The notes under the pieces: model-generated
Seen by the model: only the letters and a program-made list of their open reading frames with translations
Database searches by the model: none
Told to the model about the DNA's origin: nothing
Translations under genes and position numbers: made by a program
Assembly (NCBI GenBank): GCA_034666985.1
Contig: JAXDKS010000039.1
Coordinates: 9,087-73,086 of the forward strand
Direction of reading: 5' to 3'
Origin: Acidobacteriota bacterium
Lineage (GTDB): Bacteria; Acidobacteriota; Thermoanaerobaculia; Multivoradales; UBA5704
Length of the DNA stretch: 64,000 nucleotides
Shown: positions 1-10,849 of the stretch, piece after piece
Layout of the letters: each line of letters opens with the position of its first letter
Position numbering within the stretch: position 1 is the first letter of the stretch

Positions 1-777
1 GCCGCCGGTCAAGGCAGCGGCGGCGGCGGGGTAGCAGGCTGCCGAGTAGTCGCCCTCGACCCGCAGCCGGCCGCCCCGCAGCGCCGAGGGGCGCACGCGA
101 TAGGCCCGCGGGCCCACGCGCTCGATGTGGCCGTCGAAGGCCGTGGCCGCCGCCAGGGTGACATCTACATAGGGACGGGAGGTGAGGGAGGGGACCTCCA
201 CCACCACCGGCTCCGGCGCCCGCAGGGCGGCCATGAGGATCGCCGAGAGATATTGGCTGGACTCGCCGGCGTCGAGCGACGTGGTGCCGCCCCGCAGGCT
301 GCCGCCCTCGATGCGCAGCGGCACGTAGCCCTCCGCGGCCAGGTACTCGAGGTTGGCCCCCAGGCTGCGGAGGGCGTCCACCAGCGGTCCCACCGGCCGC
401 TCGCGCAGCCGCGGCACGCCGTCGAGGCGCCAGCGGCCGGGGACCACCGTGAGCGTCGCCACCAGGAAGCGCAGCATGGTGCCGGCATTGCCGCAGAAGA
501 TCTCCACCTCGCCGGCCGGGCGCTCCTCCGGCGTCAGGCGCACCTCGTCCTCCCCTTCCTCCACCCGGAAGCCGCAGCGGCCGAGGGCGGCGAGGAAGAG
601 GCGCGTGTCCTCGGCGAAGAGGGGGCGCTCGACGACCATGGGCGCGCCCGACAGCAGCGCCAGGTTGAAGTAACGGTGGGTGAGGCTCTTCGAGGAGGGC
701 ACCCGCAGCCGGCCGTGCGCCCGCCGGCCGGCGGGCACCGCGAAGGGCTCAGTGGGCGTCGAAGGCGAGTCCGTCAT
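1..777 (-). CDS. aroA: 3-phosphoshikimate 1-carboxyvinyltransferase (EPSP synthase), N-terminal part; gene runs off the left edge
   Basis: Hand translation of the minus strand from ATG 777-775 gives MTDSPSTPTEPFAVPAGRRAHGRLRVPSSKSLTHRYFNLALLSGAPMVVERPLFAEDTRLFLAALGRCGFRVEE...EIFCGNAGTMLRF...RPVGPLVDALRSLG. It carries the EPSPS-type P-x-SKS and GNAGT motifs. It is not in the ORF track because it is open at the edge. An alternative start is GTG 738-736. Confidence 0.85.
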   Translation of the reverse strand, partial: MTDSPSTPTEPFAVPAGRRAHGRLRVPSSKSLTHRYFNLALLSGAPMVVERPLFAEDTRLFLAALGRCGFRVEEGEDEVRLTPEERPAGEVEIFCGNAGTMLRFLVATLTVVPGRWRLDGVPRLRERPVGPLVDALRSLGANLEYLAAEGYVPLRIEGGSLRGGTTSLDAGESSQYLSAILMAALRAPEPVVVEVPSLTSRPYVDVTLAAATAFDGHIERVGPRAYRVRPSALRGGRLRVEGDYSAACYPAAAAALTGG

Positions 778-1516
778 ACCCGAGCTCCACCCCCGGCGGC
801 AGCGATACGGCCGGGGCGTCATGGTCCACGTCGTGAGTGAGGTGGGTGAAGATGGTGCGCCGGGCGCCCACGCGCGCCGCCGCCGCGAGGGCCTCCTCGA
901 TCGAGAAGTGCGTGGGGTGGGGCCGATAGCGCAAGGCGTCGAGGATCAGGACCTCCACCCCTGACAGCAGCCGGAAGCTCTCCTCGGGGATGCGGCTACA
1001 GTCCGTGACGTAGGCGAAGGCGCCGATGCGATAGCCGTAGACCTCCATCCCACCATGCCAGACGGGGACCGGCACCACCGTCCGCCCCAGGAGCTGGAAG
1101 GGCGCGTCGACCGGAATCAGATCGAGCTGCGGCTTGCCGCCCCCTTCCTGCCCGGCCTCGAAAACGTAGGCGAACATCCGCCGGATGCGGGAGAGCGTCG
1201 CCTCCGAGCCGTAGCAGGGGATGGCCGCCCGCTGCCGGAAATTGAAGATCCGCACGTCGTCCAGACCGAAGACGTGATCGGCGTGGGCGTGGGTGAAGAG
1301 CACCGCGTCCACCCGCGGCAGACCGAAACGCAGCGCCTGGGCCCGCAGGTCCGTGGGCGTGTCGACGAGGACGACGTTGGGCCCCAGCTCCAGCTTGAGC
1401 CCCACGCGCCAGCGCTTGTTCCTGGGATTGTCGGAGGTGCAGACGGCACAGGTGCAGCCGATCACCGGCACTCCGGTCGAGGTGCCGCTGCCGAGCATGG
1501 TGACGCGAAAGGACAT
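749..1516 (-). CDS. MBL-fold metallo-hydrolase (PhnP/GPMB-like)
   Basis: 255-aa ORF with N-terminal MLGSGTSTGVP and the metal-binding motif FTHAHADHVFG. It sits in tandem with aroA and the lpxH-like gene on the minus strand. Confidence 0.8.
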   Translation of the reverse strand: MSFRVTMLGSGTSTGVPVIGCTCAVCTSDNPRNKRWRVGLKLELGPNVVLVDTPTDLRAQALRFGLPRVDAVLFTHAHADHVFGLDDVRIFNFRQRAAIPCYGSEATLSRIRRMFAYVFEAGQEGGGKPQLDLIPVDAPFQLLGRTVVPVPVWHGGMEVYGYRIGAFAYVTDCSRIPEESFRLLSGVEVLILDALRYRPHPTHFSIEEALAAAARVGARRTIFTHLTHDVDHDAPAVSLPPGVELGYDGLAFDAH

Positions 1517-1529
1517 GGGACTCGCGATC

Positions 1530-2228
1530 TTACCGCACGGACGCCTCCGCCTCTCGCAGCCACTCCACCTCCCGGCTGCGGAACCAGGCGTCGAGCAGCC
1601 GCACCTCGCCGCCGCGAACCGTCCACACCCGGGGCTCGTGGAAGTGGCCGAGGAGGAGCACGTCGTACCCCTCGGCCAGACGGCCCTCGGCGTAGCGGCG
1701 GATGGCCTCCTCCGGCAGCGTCGCCCGGTGCTTGAAGTTGGTCCGCGAGAGTCTCTCCTCGGTCGAGTGGACCGCCCGGTGGGCGAGCCCCCGAGGCGTG
1801 TGGCACACCGCGAACCGGACAGGCGCGCTCTTGGAGAGGCGGCGCCAGAAGCGGTACTTCCAGTCGCGGTCGTTGAGCCCGTCGCCGTGGACGGCGAGAT
1901 AGCGGACGCCCCCCACCGTGAAGGCGGTCTCCAGGCCGACGCGGTCGAAGGCGTCGGCGTAGGGGCTGCCGGCGAGGAAGAAATCGCGGTTCCCCTCGAC
2001 GTAGTCGACCTCGATCCCCCGGCCCCGGAGGTCCCGCAGTGCGGCCACCACGGCGGCGATGTCCGCCGTCTCGAAGTGGGGGAAACCCACCCAGGCCTGG
2101 AAAAGGTCGCCCAGCAGCACCAGCCGCCGGCACCCCTGAGAAGGCAGGGCCTGGAGCTGCTCCACGAGCGGACCGGCGGGACCGCCCGGCCCGCCTATGT
2201 GGGAATCCGCGATGAGAGCGACAGGCAT
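1530..2228 (-). CDS. lpxH: UDP-2,3-diacylglucosamine diphosphatase family metallophosphoesterase (LpxH-like)
   Basis: 232-aa ORF. IADSHIG, LLGDLFQAWVG, EGNRDFFL, VHGD and LGHFHEP match the calcineurin-like/LpxH motif order as I recall it from E. coli LpxH. Confidence 0.65.
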   Translation of the reverse strand: MPVALIADSHIGGPGGPAGPLVEQLQALPSQGCRRLVLLGDLFQAWVGFPHFETADIAAVVAALRDLRGRGIEVDYVEGNRDFFLAGSPYADAFDRVGLETAFTVGGVRYLAVHGDGLNDRDWKYRFWRRLSKSAPVRFAVCHTPRGLAHRAVHSTEERLSRTNFKHRATLPEEAIRRYAEGRLAEGYDVLLLGHFHEPRVWTVRGGEVRLLDAWFRSREVEWLREAEASVR

Positions 2229-2240
2229 CTGACGGGCATC

Positions 2241-2276
2241 TAGACGATCGACTAGACGATCGACTAGACGATCGAC
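2241..2276. repeat. 3 x 12-bp perfect tandem repeat TAGACGATCGAC
   Basis: Copies at 2241-2252, 2253-2264 and 2265-2276. On the minus strand each copy reads TCG ATC GTC TAG in the apbC frame. The first copy supplies the apbC stop codon (2266-2264). Confidence 0.95.
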
Positions 2277-3355
2277 AGCCGCGGCTTCATCTCATCCTGC
2301 CGGGCGACCTCCTCGACCACCGCCTGGGCCACCTGCCGGAAAGCCTCGGCGTGGGGGCCTTGCGGCTCGGCGACGGTGATGGGGACGCCGGCGTCGCCGC
2401 CCAGGACGATCTTGGGATCGAGGGGGATGGAGCCCAGGAAGGCCGTGTCCAGGAGGTCGGCCGTCTTCCGGCCGCCGTCCTTCTTGAAGATGTCCGTAGT
2501 CTCGCCGCAGTGGGGGCAGACGAAGGTGGACATGTTCTCGATAATGCCGATCACCGGCACGTTCACCTTGCGGAACATGGCCAGCCCCTTGCGCGCGTCG
2601 ATCAGCGCCACCTTCTGGGGAGTGGTGACGATCACCGCGCCGGCGAGCGGGATGCGCTGAGTGACCGTGAGCTGGGCGTCGCCCGTGCCCGGCGGCAGGT
2701 CGAGGACCAGGTAGTCGAGCGCTCCCCACTCCACGTCGCCCAGCATCTGCTCGATGGCCCGCATCACCATGGGGCCGCGCCAGATCACCGGCGTGTCCGT
2801 CTCCAGGATGAAGCCGAGCGACATCACGGTCACGCCGTGCTTGACGAAGGGGTGGATGCGGTTGCCCACCACCCGCGGCTTCTCATTGATGCCGAACATC
2901 ATGGGCACGGAGGGGCCGTAGATGTCCGCGTCGAGCAGCCCCACCCGGTGGCCGAGTTGGGCCAGGGCCACCGCCAGGTTGGCGGCCACGGTGGACTTGC
3001 CCACGCCGCCCTTGCCGCTGGCCACCGCCACCACGTGGCGGACCTCGGGGATCAGATTGGCGTCCTGGGAGATCGCCTTCTGGGCGGCCTCCTCCCGGCC
3101 GGGGGGCTTCACCACCTGGATGTTGACCTTCACGTTCTCCACTCCGGGCAGGGCGCGGAGCGTCCGCTCCACCTCCTCCCGCACCTTCTCGCCGGCCGCC
3201 GGGTTGTGGGTGGCCATCTGCAGGTCCACCGCCACCGTGCCGCCGGCCGCCTGCACCTGGTGCACGAAGCCGAAGGAGACGATGTCCCGGCTCATGCCGG
3301 GGAACTTCACCCCCTTCAGGGCGTCCCACACCTTGGATTCGAAATCGTCTGCCAT
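2264..3355 (-). CDS. apbC: Mrp/NBP35/ApbC family iron-sulfur cluster carrier ATPase
   Basis: From ATG 3355-3353 the protein reads MADDFESKVWDALKGVKFPGMSRDIVSFGFV (an N-terminal DUF59-like part). It has the deviant Walker A VASGKGGVGKST and CPHCGE near the C-terminus. The 654-aa track ORF is a read-through extension upstream of this ATG. Confidence 0.9.
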   Translation of the reverse strand: MADDFESKVWDALKGVKFPGMSRDIVSFGFVHQVQAAGGTVAVDLQMATHNPAAGEKVREEVERTLRALPGVENVKVNIQVVKPPGREEAAQKAISQDANLIPEVRHVVAVASGKGGVGKSTVAANLAVALAQLGHRVGLLDADIYGPSVPMMFGINEKPRVVGNRIHPFVKHGVTVMSLGFILETDTPVIWRGPMVMRAIEQMLGDVEWGALDYLVLDLPPGTGDAQLTVTQRIPLAGAVIVTTPQKVALIDARKGLAMFRKVNVPVIGIIENMSTFVCPHCGETTDIFKKDGGRKTADLLDTAFLGSIPLDPKIVLGGDAGVPITVAEPQGPHAEAFRQVAQAVVEEVARQDEMKPRLSIV

Positions 3356-3387
3356 ATCGAGAGATCCTTCCTCGGGAAATCTTCCCC

Positions 3388-4206
3388 TCAGGATCGTACC
3401 ACTTCGTCGGTCGCCTCTCCGGTATCCTCCGGCGCCTCCGGCAGTGCCAGTCCGGCCAGCGCGGCCACCTGACGCCGCACCTCGTCCATCAGCTCGCGCT
3501 TGCCGCGCAGGCCGAGCTCCGCGGTCTCGATGGGAGCGCCGTAGGCGACGACGGCGGTGCCGGGGTGGATGCGTAGCCCGCCCCGCTGCCGGATGGCCCG
3601 CGTCCCCCTGATGCCGACGGGGACGATGGGCAGGCCGCTCTTCAGGGCCAGCAGGAAGCCGCCGCGCTGGAACGGGAGGAGGGTATCGTCGAGCGCGCGG
3701 GTCCCCTCGGGAAACATGAGGACGGAGGTCCCTTCGCGCAGCCGCTCCGCCGCCGAGGCGAAGGTCTGGCGGGCGGTGCTGCGGTCGGAGCGGTCGACGG
3801 GGATGAAGCCGCCGGCCCACAAGGCCCAGCCGAGGAGGGGGATCTGGAAGAGCCCGCGCTTGGCCAGCATGCGCAACTGGCCGGGGGAGGTGGCGAGGAG
3901 CACGGGGATGTCGTAGAGGCTCTGGTGATTGGAAAGGAAGACGTAGCTGCGCTCCGGCTCCAGGGCCGGATTCCAGCTCGCCTCGACGCGCACCATGCTG
4001 GCCGCCAGCAAGCCATTGGACCAGATGCGCATGATGGCGAACATCCAGCGCCCCCAAGGCGGAATCCACGAGCCCGCGAGGCCGAGGACGGACAGCAGGG
4101 CGGTCCCGATCACCAGATAGAGGTTGCCGGTGAAAGTGGCGATGGCGGACAGCCAAGCGGGCCGTGCGGGCCATGCGGAAGGATTGCGCTCGGGGGGATC
4201 GCTCAA
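3388..4206 (-). CDS. plsC: 1-acyl-sn-glycerol-3-phosphate acyltransferase
   Basis: 272-aa ORF with the acyltransferase motifs NHQSLYD (H-x4-D) and FPEGTR and an N-terminal hydrophobic segment. The track start is TTG, so the exact start is uncertain. Confidence 0.8.
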   Translation of the reverse strand: MSDPPERNPSAWPARPAWLSAIATFTGNLYLVIGTALLSVLGLAGSWIPPWGRWMFAIMRIWSNGLLAASMVRVEASWNPALEPERSYVFLSNHQSLYDIPVLLATSPGQLRMLAKRGLFQIPLLGWALWAGGFIPVDRSDRSTARQTFASAAERLREGTSVLMFPEGTRALDDTLLPFQRGGFLLALKSGLPIVPVGIRGTRAIRQRGGLRIHPGTAVVAYGAPIETAELGLRGKRELMDEVRRQVAALAGLALPEAPEDTGEATDEVVRS

Positions 4207-4280
4207 GCTCGTCTCCGGTCGGCGCCATTGTCTACGCCCTGGGCGGCGGCGTCCAGCCTGTTAGAATCCACCCTGTGACC

Positions 4281-4691
4281 ATGACCAGCCCCTTCGTCCG
4301 CCGCTTCCGGCTGCTCGCGCTGCTCCAGGGCAGCCTGGTGGCGGGCGCGCTGTACGACCTCTCCTTCGCCGTCCTCATGATGGCGGCGCCGCAGATCCCG
4401 GCGCGGCTCCTGAGCCTGCCGCTGCCTCCCCTGCCGGAGGGGCGCTTCTACCTGTGGATCCTCGCCGTCCTCCTCGTCATGCTCGCCGCGCTCTACCTGG
4501 CCGCGGCCCGCGACCCGCGCCGCTACAGCGCCATCATCGCCGTGGCCATCGCCGGCCGGACCCTGGGGGCCGCGGTCTTCGTCGCGGCCGCCCTGTCCGG
4601 CTCGGGGCTCGGCGGTCTCCTGCCGCTGGCGGCGGCGGACCTGGCCTTCGGCGCCGTCCACGCCGCTTCCTGGTGGCCCATCCGCTCGTGA
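4281..4691 (+). CDS. hypothetical membrane protein (about 4 hydrophobic segments)
   Basis: In-frame ATG at 4281 (MTSPFVRRFRLLALLQG...). The sequence is hydrophobic throughout. Its stop overlaps the mlaE start (GTGA at 4688-4691). Confidence 0.5.
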   Translation: MTSPFVRRFRLLALLQGSLVAGALYDLSFAVLMMAAPQIPARLLSLPLPPLPEGRFYLWILAVLLVMLAALYLAAARDPRRYSAIIAVAIAGRTLGAAVFVAAALSGSGLGGLLPLAAADLAFGAVHAASWWPIRS

Positions 4692-5440
4692 AGGCCCGGG
4701 ATATCGCGGCGCGGACCGGGGCCCTGGGGATCCTCACCGGGCGGGCCTTCCGGGCCATGATCGCCCCTCCCTACGAAATCGGGCTGTGGGTGCGCCAGAT
4801 GGAGCAGATCGGGGTCCGCTCGCTGGGGGTGGCGGGGATCACCACCCTCTTCACCGGCATGGTCCTCGCTCTGCAGACCGCCCTCTCGCTGCCGGCGCTG
4901 GGGGTCAAGTACTACATCGGCTCGGTGGTCTCGAAGTCGCTGGTGCGGGAGCTCGGGCCCGTGCTCACCGCCCTCATCGTGGGCGGGCGCATCGGCTCGG
5001 GGATGACGGCCGAGATCGGCACCATGAAGGTCACCGAGCAGATCGACGCCCTGCGCTCCATGGCCGCCGATCCGGTGAAGAAGCTGGTGGCGCCCAAGCT
5101 GGTGGCGACCCTGGTGATGCTCCCCGCCCTCACCATCCTCGGCGACGCGCTGGGGACCCTCGGCGGCCTGATCGTCGCCACCTTCACCCTCGATCTCGCC
5201 CCCGGGCTCTACATCAACGACGTGCTCGACACGCTGACCTTCGGCGACCTCTTCAGCGGCATCGCCAAGTCGTTCTTCTTCGCGTACTTCATCACCATCA
5301 TCGGCTGTTACAATGGTCTCAACACCACCGGCGGCGCCGACGGCGTGGGCCGGGCGACGACCAACACGGTGGTGCTCGCCGCGATCCTGGTCCTGGTCTC
5401 CGATTTCTTCCTCACCAAGCTGTTCTACATCCTGACCTGA
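4688..5440 (+). CDS. mlaE: ABC transporter permease, MlaE family
   Basis: The GTG 4688 start gives a 250-aa protein. EIGTMKVTEQIDALRSMAADPVKKLV is the MlaE/Ttg2B signature region. The upstream part of the 328-aa track ORF is Arg/Pro-rich and overlaps the previous gene. Confidence 0.85.
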   Translation: MKARDIAARTGALGILTGRAFRAMIAPPYEIGLWVRQMEQIGVRSLGVAGITTLFTGMVLALQTALSLPALGVKYYIGSVVSKSLVRELGPVLTALIVGGRIGSGMTAEIGTMKVTEQIDALRSMAADPVKKLVAPKLVATLVMLPALTILGDALGTLGGLIVATFTLDLAPGLYINDVLDTLTFGDLFSGIAKSFFFAYFITIIGCYNGLNTTGGADGVGRATTNTVVLAAILVLVSDFFLTKLFYILT

Positions 5441-5451
5441 GAGGATCTGAG

Positions 5452-6210
5452 GTGGCTGAAGCGCTCTTCGAGGTTCGTGGGCTGACCCGGCGGTACGGCG
5501 ACCGGACGGTGCTGGACGACCTGGACTTCGACATCCTGCGCGGCGAGTGCTTCGTGATCCTCGGCCGGTCGGGGACGGGCAAGAGCGTGACGCTGCGGCA
5601 GCTCAACGGCCTGGAGAAGCCGGACGCGGGGAGCGTCGTGTTCGACGGCACCGACCTGACGAAGCTGGAGGAGCGCGAGCTCTACCCCTTCCGCCGGCGG
5701 ATCGCCATGCTGTTCCAGAGCGGCGCCCTGTTCGACTCGATGAACGTCTTCGACAACGTCGCCTTCCCCCTGCGGGAGCACACCGACCTCGACGACGCGA
5801 AGATCGCCGAGACGGTGCGGCACAAGCTGGCCCTCGTGCACCTCAAGGAGGTGGAGAGGAAGATGCCGTCGGACCTCTCCGGGGGGATGAAGAAGCGGGT
5901 CGCGCTGGCCCGCTCGCTGGCCCTCGATCCCGAGGTGATGCTGTTCGACGAGCCCACCACCGGGCTCGACCCCATCACCTCGGCCACCATCGGCAAGCTC
6001 ATCCAGTCGATCCAGAAGGAGCTCGGCGTCACCGCCGTGGTGGTGACGCACGACATCCCCCTCGCCCGCCGGGTGGGCGACCGCCTCGCCCTGCTCGCCG
6101 GCGGGCATTTCTGCTTCCTCGGCAACTGGCAGGAGGCCGACGGCTCCCAGGACCCCCAGGTGGCCGACTTCCTGGCCGGCCGGGAGGAGGATGAAGAGAA
6201 TGTCGCCTAA
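5452..6210 (+). CDS. mlaF: ABC transporter ATP-binding protein, MlaF family
   Basis: From GTG 5452 the protein has Walker A GRSGTGKS, ABC signature LSGGMKKRVALA and Walker B MLFDEPTTGLD. It lies directly downstream of mlaE. Confidence 0.9.
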   Translation: MAEALFEVRGLTRRYGDRTVLDDLDFDILRGECFVILGRSGTGKSVTLRQLNGLEKPDAGSVVFDGTDLTKLEERELYPFRRRIAMLFQSGALFDSMNVFDNVAFPLREHTDLDDAKIAETVRHKLALVHLKEVERKMPSDLSGGMKKRVALARSLALDPEVMLFDEPTTGLDPITSATIGKLIQSIQKELGVTAVVVTHDIPLARRVGDRLALLAGGHFCFLGNWQEADGSQDPQVADFLAGREEDEENVA

Positions 6211-7489
6211 AGGTCGTGAGATCCGTGTCGGCCTGGTGATCCTGTCGGCCCTCGCCGTGCTCGCCGCCGGCATCTTCCTCATCGGCGAGAAGAACAACGT
6301 CTTCTCGCGCAAGAACCTCTACTACATCGAGTTCAACTCGGTGAGCGGCCTGAAGCCCGGCAACCCCGTGCAGCTCAACGGCGTGGACGTGGGGGCGATC
6401 TCCAAGGTGGAGCTGCCGGCCAACCCCTGGCGGGGAGAGATCCGGGTGTGGATCAAGGTGGAGAGCGAATACGCCGCCCGCATCCGCGGTCCCCAGGGCG
6501 ACCAGAAGCCGGTGCCTGGGCAGACCGCCTCCGTGGCCCGCATCAAGACCCTGGGCCTGCTGGGCGACAAGTACATCGAGATCGGCTCCGGCTCGCCCGG
6601 CTACCCGGTCATCCCCAGCGAGGGGCAGATCCCCGCGGCGGAGCCCACCAACGTCGACGCCCTGTTCGCTTCGGGCGAGGACGTGATGGACAACGTAGTC
6701 CAGATCTCGAGCTCGCTCAACAAGATCCTCACCCGCATGGAGCGCGGCGAGGGGCTGCTCGGCGAGCTGACCTCGGATTCCGAGTCCGGCCGGCGCCTCA
6801 AGGACTCGCTGATCGGCACCTCGGAGACCCTGCAGCGGGTCGCCAACAAGATCGACCAGGGGCAGGGTCCCCTGCCGCGGCTGCTCAACGACAAGGCCAT
6901 GGCCAACCAGCTCGCCCAATCCATGGACCGCCTCCAGGGCCTGCTCACCAGGGCCGAGAGCGGCGAGGGGCTCCTGCCCGCATTGCTGAACGATCCCAAC
7001 GCCAAGCTCCAGCTCAACGAGACGCTGGCCTCCCTGCGCAAGGTGGCGCAGGATCTGCAAGCATTCACGGCCGATCTGGAGAAGAGCGATGCCCTGCTCC
7101 CGCGCCTGGTCAAGGACAAGGAGTATGGCCGTCAGGTTACGGAGCAGCTCCGGCAGACCGTCGAGAACCTCAACACCGTCTCGCGCAAGCTCTCGAACGG
7201 CAACGGCACGGCGGCCAAGCTCATCAACGACCCCCAGATCTATGACGCCGTCAACGACATCATCATCGGCGTCAACGAGTCCCGGATCCTGCGCTGGCTG
7301 ATCCGGAACCGGCAGAAGAAGGGGATCGAGACGCGGTACGACGTGACGAAGCAGGCGATCGAAAAGGCGGGCGGCAAGGTGGAGCCCCTGGAGGAAACGC
7401 CGGCGACAGTACCTCCGGCGGCGCCCCCCCCAACTCCCGAGCCGGCACCGACGCCGCCCGAGCCGGCCGCAACACCGCCGCCGGCCTGA
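6200..7489 (+). CDS. mlaD: MlaD/MCE-domain protein with long C-terminal extension and Pro-rich tail
   Basis: It has an N-terminal TM segment (VGLVILSALAVLAAGIFLIG) followed by an MCE core (VSGLKPGNPVQLNGVDVGAISKVEL). I prefer ATG 6200 over 6191 because GGAGGAGG ends at 6190. The C-terminus is PPAAPPPTPEPAPTPPEPAATPPPA. Confidence 0.8.
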   Translation: MSPKGREIRVGLVILSALAVLAAGIFLIGEKNNVFSRKNLYYIEFNSVSGLKPGNPVQLNGVDVGAISKVELPANPWRGEIRVWIKVESEYAARIRGPQGDQKPVPGQTASVARIKTLGLLGDKYIEIGSGSPGYPVIPSEGQIPAAEPTNVDALFASGEDVMDNVVQISSSLNKILTRMERGEGLLGELTSDSESGRRLKDSLIGTSETLQRVANKIDQGQGPLPRLLNDKAMANQLAQSMDRLQGLLTRAESGEGLLPALLNDPNAKLQLNETLASLRKVAQDLQAFTADLEKSDALLPRLVKDKEYGRQVTEQLRQTVENLNTVSRKLSNGNGTAAKLINDPQIYDAVNDIIIGVNESRILRWLIRNRQKKGIETRYDVTKQAIEKAGGKVEPLEETPATVPPAAPPPTPEPAPTPPEPAATPPPA

Positions 7490-7523
7490 AGGAGAAGACG
7501 AAAGGGACTGGGACTCTCGAGCC

Positions 7524-8513
7524 ATGCCATCGCACATCCTGGTGACCGGCGGCGCGGGCTTCATCGGCTCGCATCTCACACGACGTCTGCTCGCCCGCGG
7601 CGACCGGGTGACCGTGCTGGACGACTTCAATGATTTCTACGACCCTGCCCGCAAGCGGGACAACGTGGCGCCGCTCCTCGGCCGGCCCGACTACCGCCTG
7701 GTGGAGGGGGACATCCGCGACGAGGCTCTCGTCAATCGCCTCTACGCCGGCGGCCGGTTCGACGCCGTGGTGCACCTCGCGGCCCGGGCAGGGGTGCGCC
7801 CCAGCCTGGATGAGCCGATCCTCTACGAGGACGTCAACTGCATCGGCACCCTGCGCCTGCTGGAGGCGGCGAAGCGGCATGGGCCTAAGATCTTCATTTT
7901 CGGCTCCTCGTCGTCGGTCTACGGCATCAACGAGAAGGTCCCCTTCTCCGAAGCCGACGAGGTCAACCAGCCCATCAGCCCCTACGCCACCACCAAGCGC
8001 GCGGGCGAGCTGCTCTGCTACAACTACCATCACCTCTACGGCTTCCGCACGGCGTGCCTGCGCTTCTTCACCGTCTACGGCCCCGGGCAGCGCCCGGAGA
8101 TGGCGATCCACAAGTTCACCGACCTGCTCTGGCGGGGCCGGCCTGTGACCATGTACGGCGACGGCGGCAGCCGGCGGGACTACACCTTCGTCGACGACAT
8201 CGTCGACGGCCTGGTGGCGGCGCTCGACCTCGCGCCGGGCTTCGAGATCCTCAACCTGGGGGGGGCCGACACCACCTCCCTGCGCGATCTCGTGCACTGG
8301 ATCGCCGAGGAGCTTGCCGTGCAGCCCAGGATCGAATATCTTCCGTCACAACCCGGGGACGTACCGATCACCTACGCCGACGTATCCAAGGCGGCGCGGA
8401 TTCTGGGCTACTCCCCGAAGGTCCCCATCCGGGAAGGTCTGCGCCGTTTCGTCTGCTGGTACCGCGAGCGCGCCGAGCGCCTCGAAAACTTGAAACTCTC
8501 CCAGCGAGCCTGA
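7524..8513 (+). CDS. NAD-dependent epimerase, UDP-glucuronate 4-epimerase-like
   Basis: It has ILVTGGAGFIGSH, YATTK (Y-x3-K) and RFFTVYGPGQRPEMA, which I recognise as typical of UDP-GlcA 4-epimerases. It is adjacent to ugd. Confidence 0.7.
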   Translation: MPSHILVTGGAGFIGSHLTRRLLARGDRVTVLDDFNDFYDPARKRDNVAPLLGRPDYRLVEGDIRDEALVNRLYAGGRFDAVVHLAARAGVRPSLDEPILYEDVNCIGTLRLLEAAKRHGPKIFIFGSSSSVYGINEKVPFSEADEVNQPISPYATTKRAGELLCYNYHHLYGFRTACLRFFTVYGPGQRPEMAIHKFTDLLWRGRPVTMYGDGGSRRDYTFVDDIVDGLVAALDLAPGFEILNLGGADTTSLRDLVHWIAEELAVQPRIEYLPSQPGDVPITYADVSKAARILGYSPKVPIREGLRRFVCWYRERAERLENLKLSQRA

Positions 8514-8519
8514 GCCAAA

Positions 8520-9883
8520 ATGAACATCTGCGTCGTGGGTAGCGGTTACGTCGGCCTGGTCACGGGCGTCTGCCTGGCGGACTTCGGCATGCACGTGGTG
8601 GGGGTGGACAAGGACCGCGCCAAGGTGGACGCGCTGTCGGGCGGCAAGGTCCCCATCTACGAGCCCGGCCTCGAGACCCTGGTCCAGAAGAACATGGAGG
8701 AGGGGCGGCTGCGCTTCACCACCGACTTAGGGCCGGCCATCGAGGAGGCCCAGGCGGTGTTCATCGCCGTGGGCACGCCGCCGAAGTCCGACGGCTCGGC
8801 CGACCTCACCTTCATCCGCGAGGTCGCCTCCTCCATCGCCCAGCACCTCAACGGCTACAAGATCATCGTCACCAAGAGCACGGTGCCCATCGGCACCGGC
8901 CAGATGATCGAGTCCATCGTCCGTGACGGGGCCGGGAGCCGCCACAAGTTTGCCGTGGTCAGCAACCCCGAGTTCCTCCGCGAGGGCTCGGCGATCGAGG
9001 ACTTCATGCACCCCGACCGGGTGGTCATCGGCACCCGTGACCCCAAGGCCGCGGAGCTGATGATGGACGTCTACTCCCCTCTCGCCGCCGCCGACGTGCC
9101 GTTCATCGTCACCGACGTGGAGACGGCCGAGCTCATCAAATACGCCTCCAACGGCTTTCTCGCCACCAAGATCTCGTTCATCAACGAGGTGGCGCAGATC
9201 TGCGAGGCCTGGGGCGCCAACGTCGAGGTGGTGTCCAAGGGCATGGGGCTCGACAGCCGGATCGGCTCGAAGTTCCTCTCCGCCGGCCCCGGCTTCGGCG
9301 GCTCCTGCTTCCCCAAGGACACGCGGGCCGCGGCCCAGATCGCCCGCGACCAGGGGCTCAAGTTCCGCATCATCGAAGCCGTGCTGGAGGTCAACGAGGT
9401 CACCCAGAAGCGGATGATCGCCAAGATCGAGGACGCCCTCGGGGAGATCGCCGGCAAGACCCTCGCCGTGCTCGGCCTCTCCTTCAAGCCGAACACGGAC
9501 GACATCCGCGAGTCGCCGGCCCTGCCCATCGTCCAGGGCCTGCTCGACCGCGGCGCCACGGTGCGGGCCTTCGATCCGGAAGCCATGACGGCGTGCAAGC
9601 CCCTCTTCCCCACCCTCGTCTACTGCGACAACGCCTACGAGACCGCCGAGGGGGCCGACGCCCTGGTCATCATCACCGAGTGGAACCAGTTCCGGAAGCT
9701 GGAGCTCGACCGCCTGTACCAGCTCCTGCGCGAGCCGCTGGTCATCGACCTGCGCAACCTCTACGATCCGGAGAAGATGGCCGCCGCCGGCTTCCGCTAC
9801 GTCTCGATCGGCCGGCCGGAGGGGGTCCCGGAGACGCGGCCCCAGGCCGTGCCCAAGCCGGTCCGCTCCGCGAGAGGCCGGTC

Positions 9884-9887
<4 letters not shown>
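8520..9887 (+). CDS. ugd: UDP-glucose 6-dehydrogenase
   Basis: 455 aa, with N-terminal [16 protein letters not shown] and the catalytic region [10 protein letters not shown]. Confidence 0.9.
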
Positions 9888-10840
<953 letters not shown>

Positions 10841-10849
10841 AATCCAGCC

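Noticed and set aside
127-840. Plus-strand ORFs at the left edge (127..840, 353..673)
   Set aside because: They are antisense to a convincing EPSP synthase reading frame that is open to the window edge, and their composition is Arg/Gly-rich.
2264-4228. 654-aa ORF suggesting a large fusion protein upstream of the Mrp/ApbC domain
   Set aside because: The first roughly 290 residues are Arg/Pro/Gly-rich and lie out of frame across the well-supported plsC gene (3388..4206, same strand). A clean ATG at 3355 gives a normal 363-aa ApbC.
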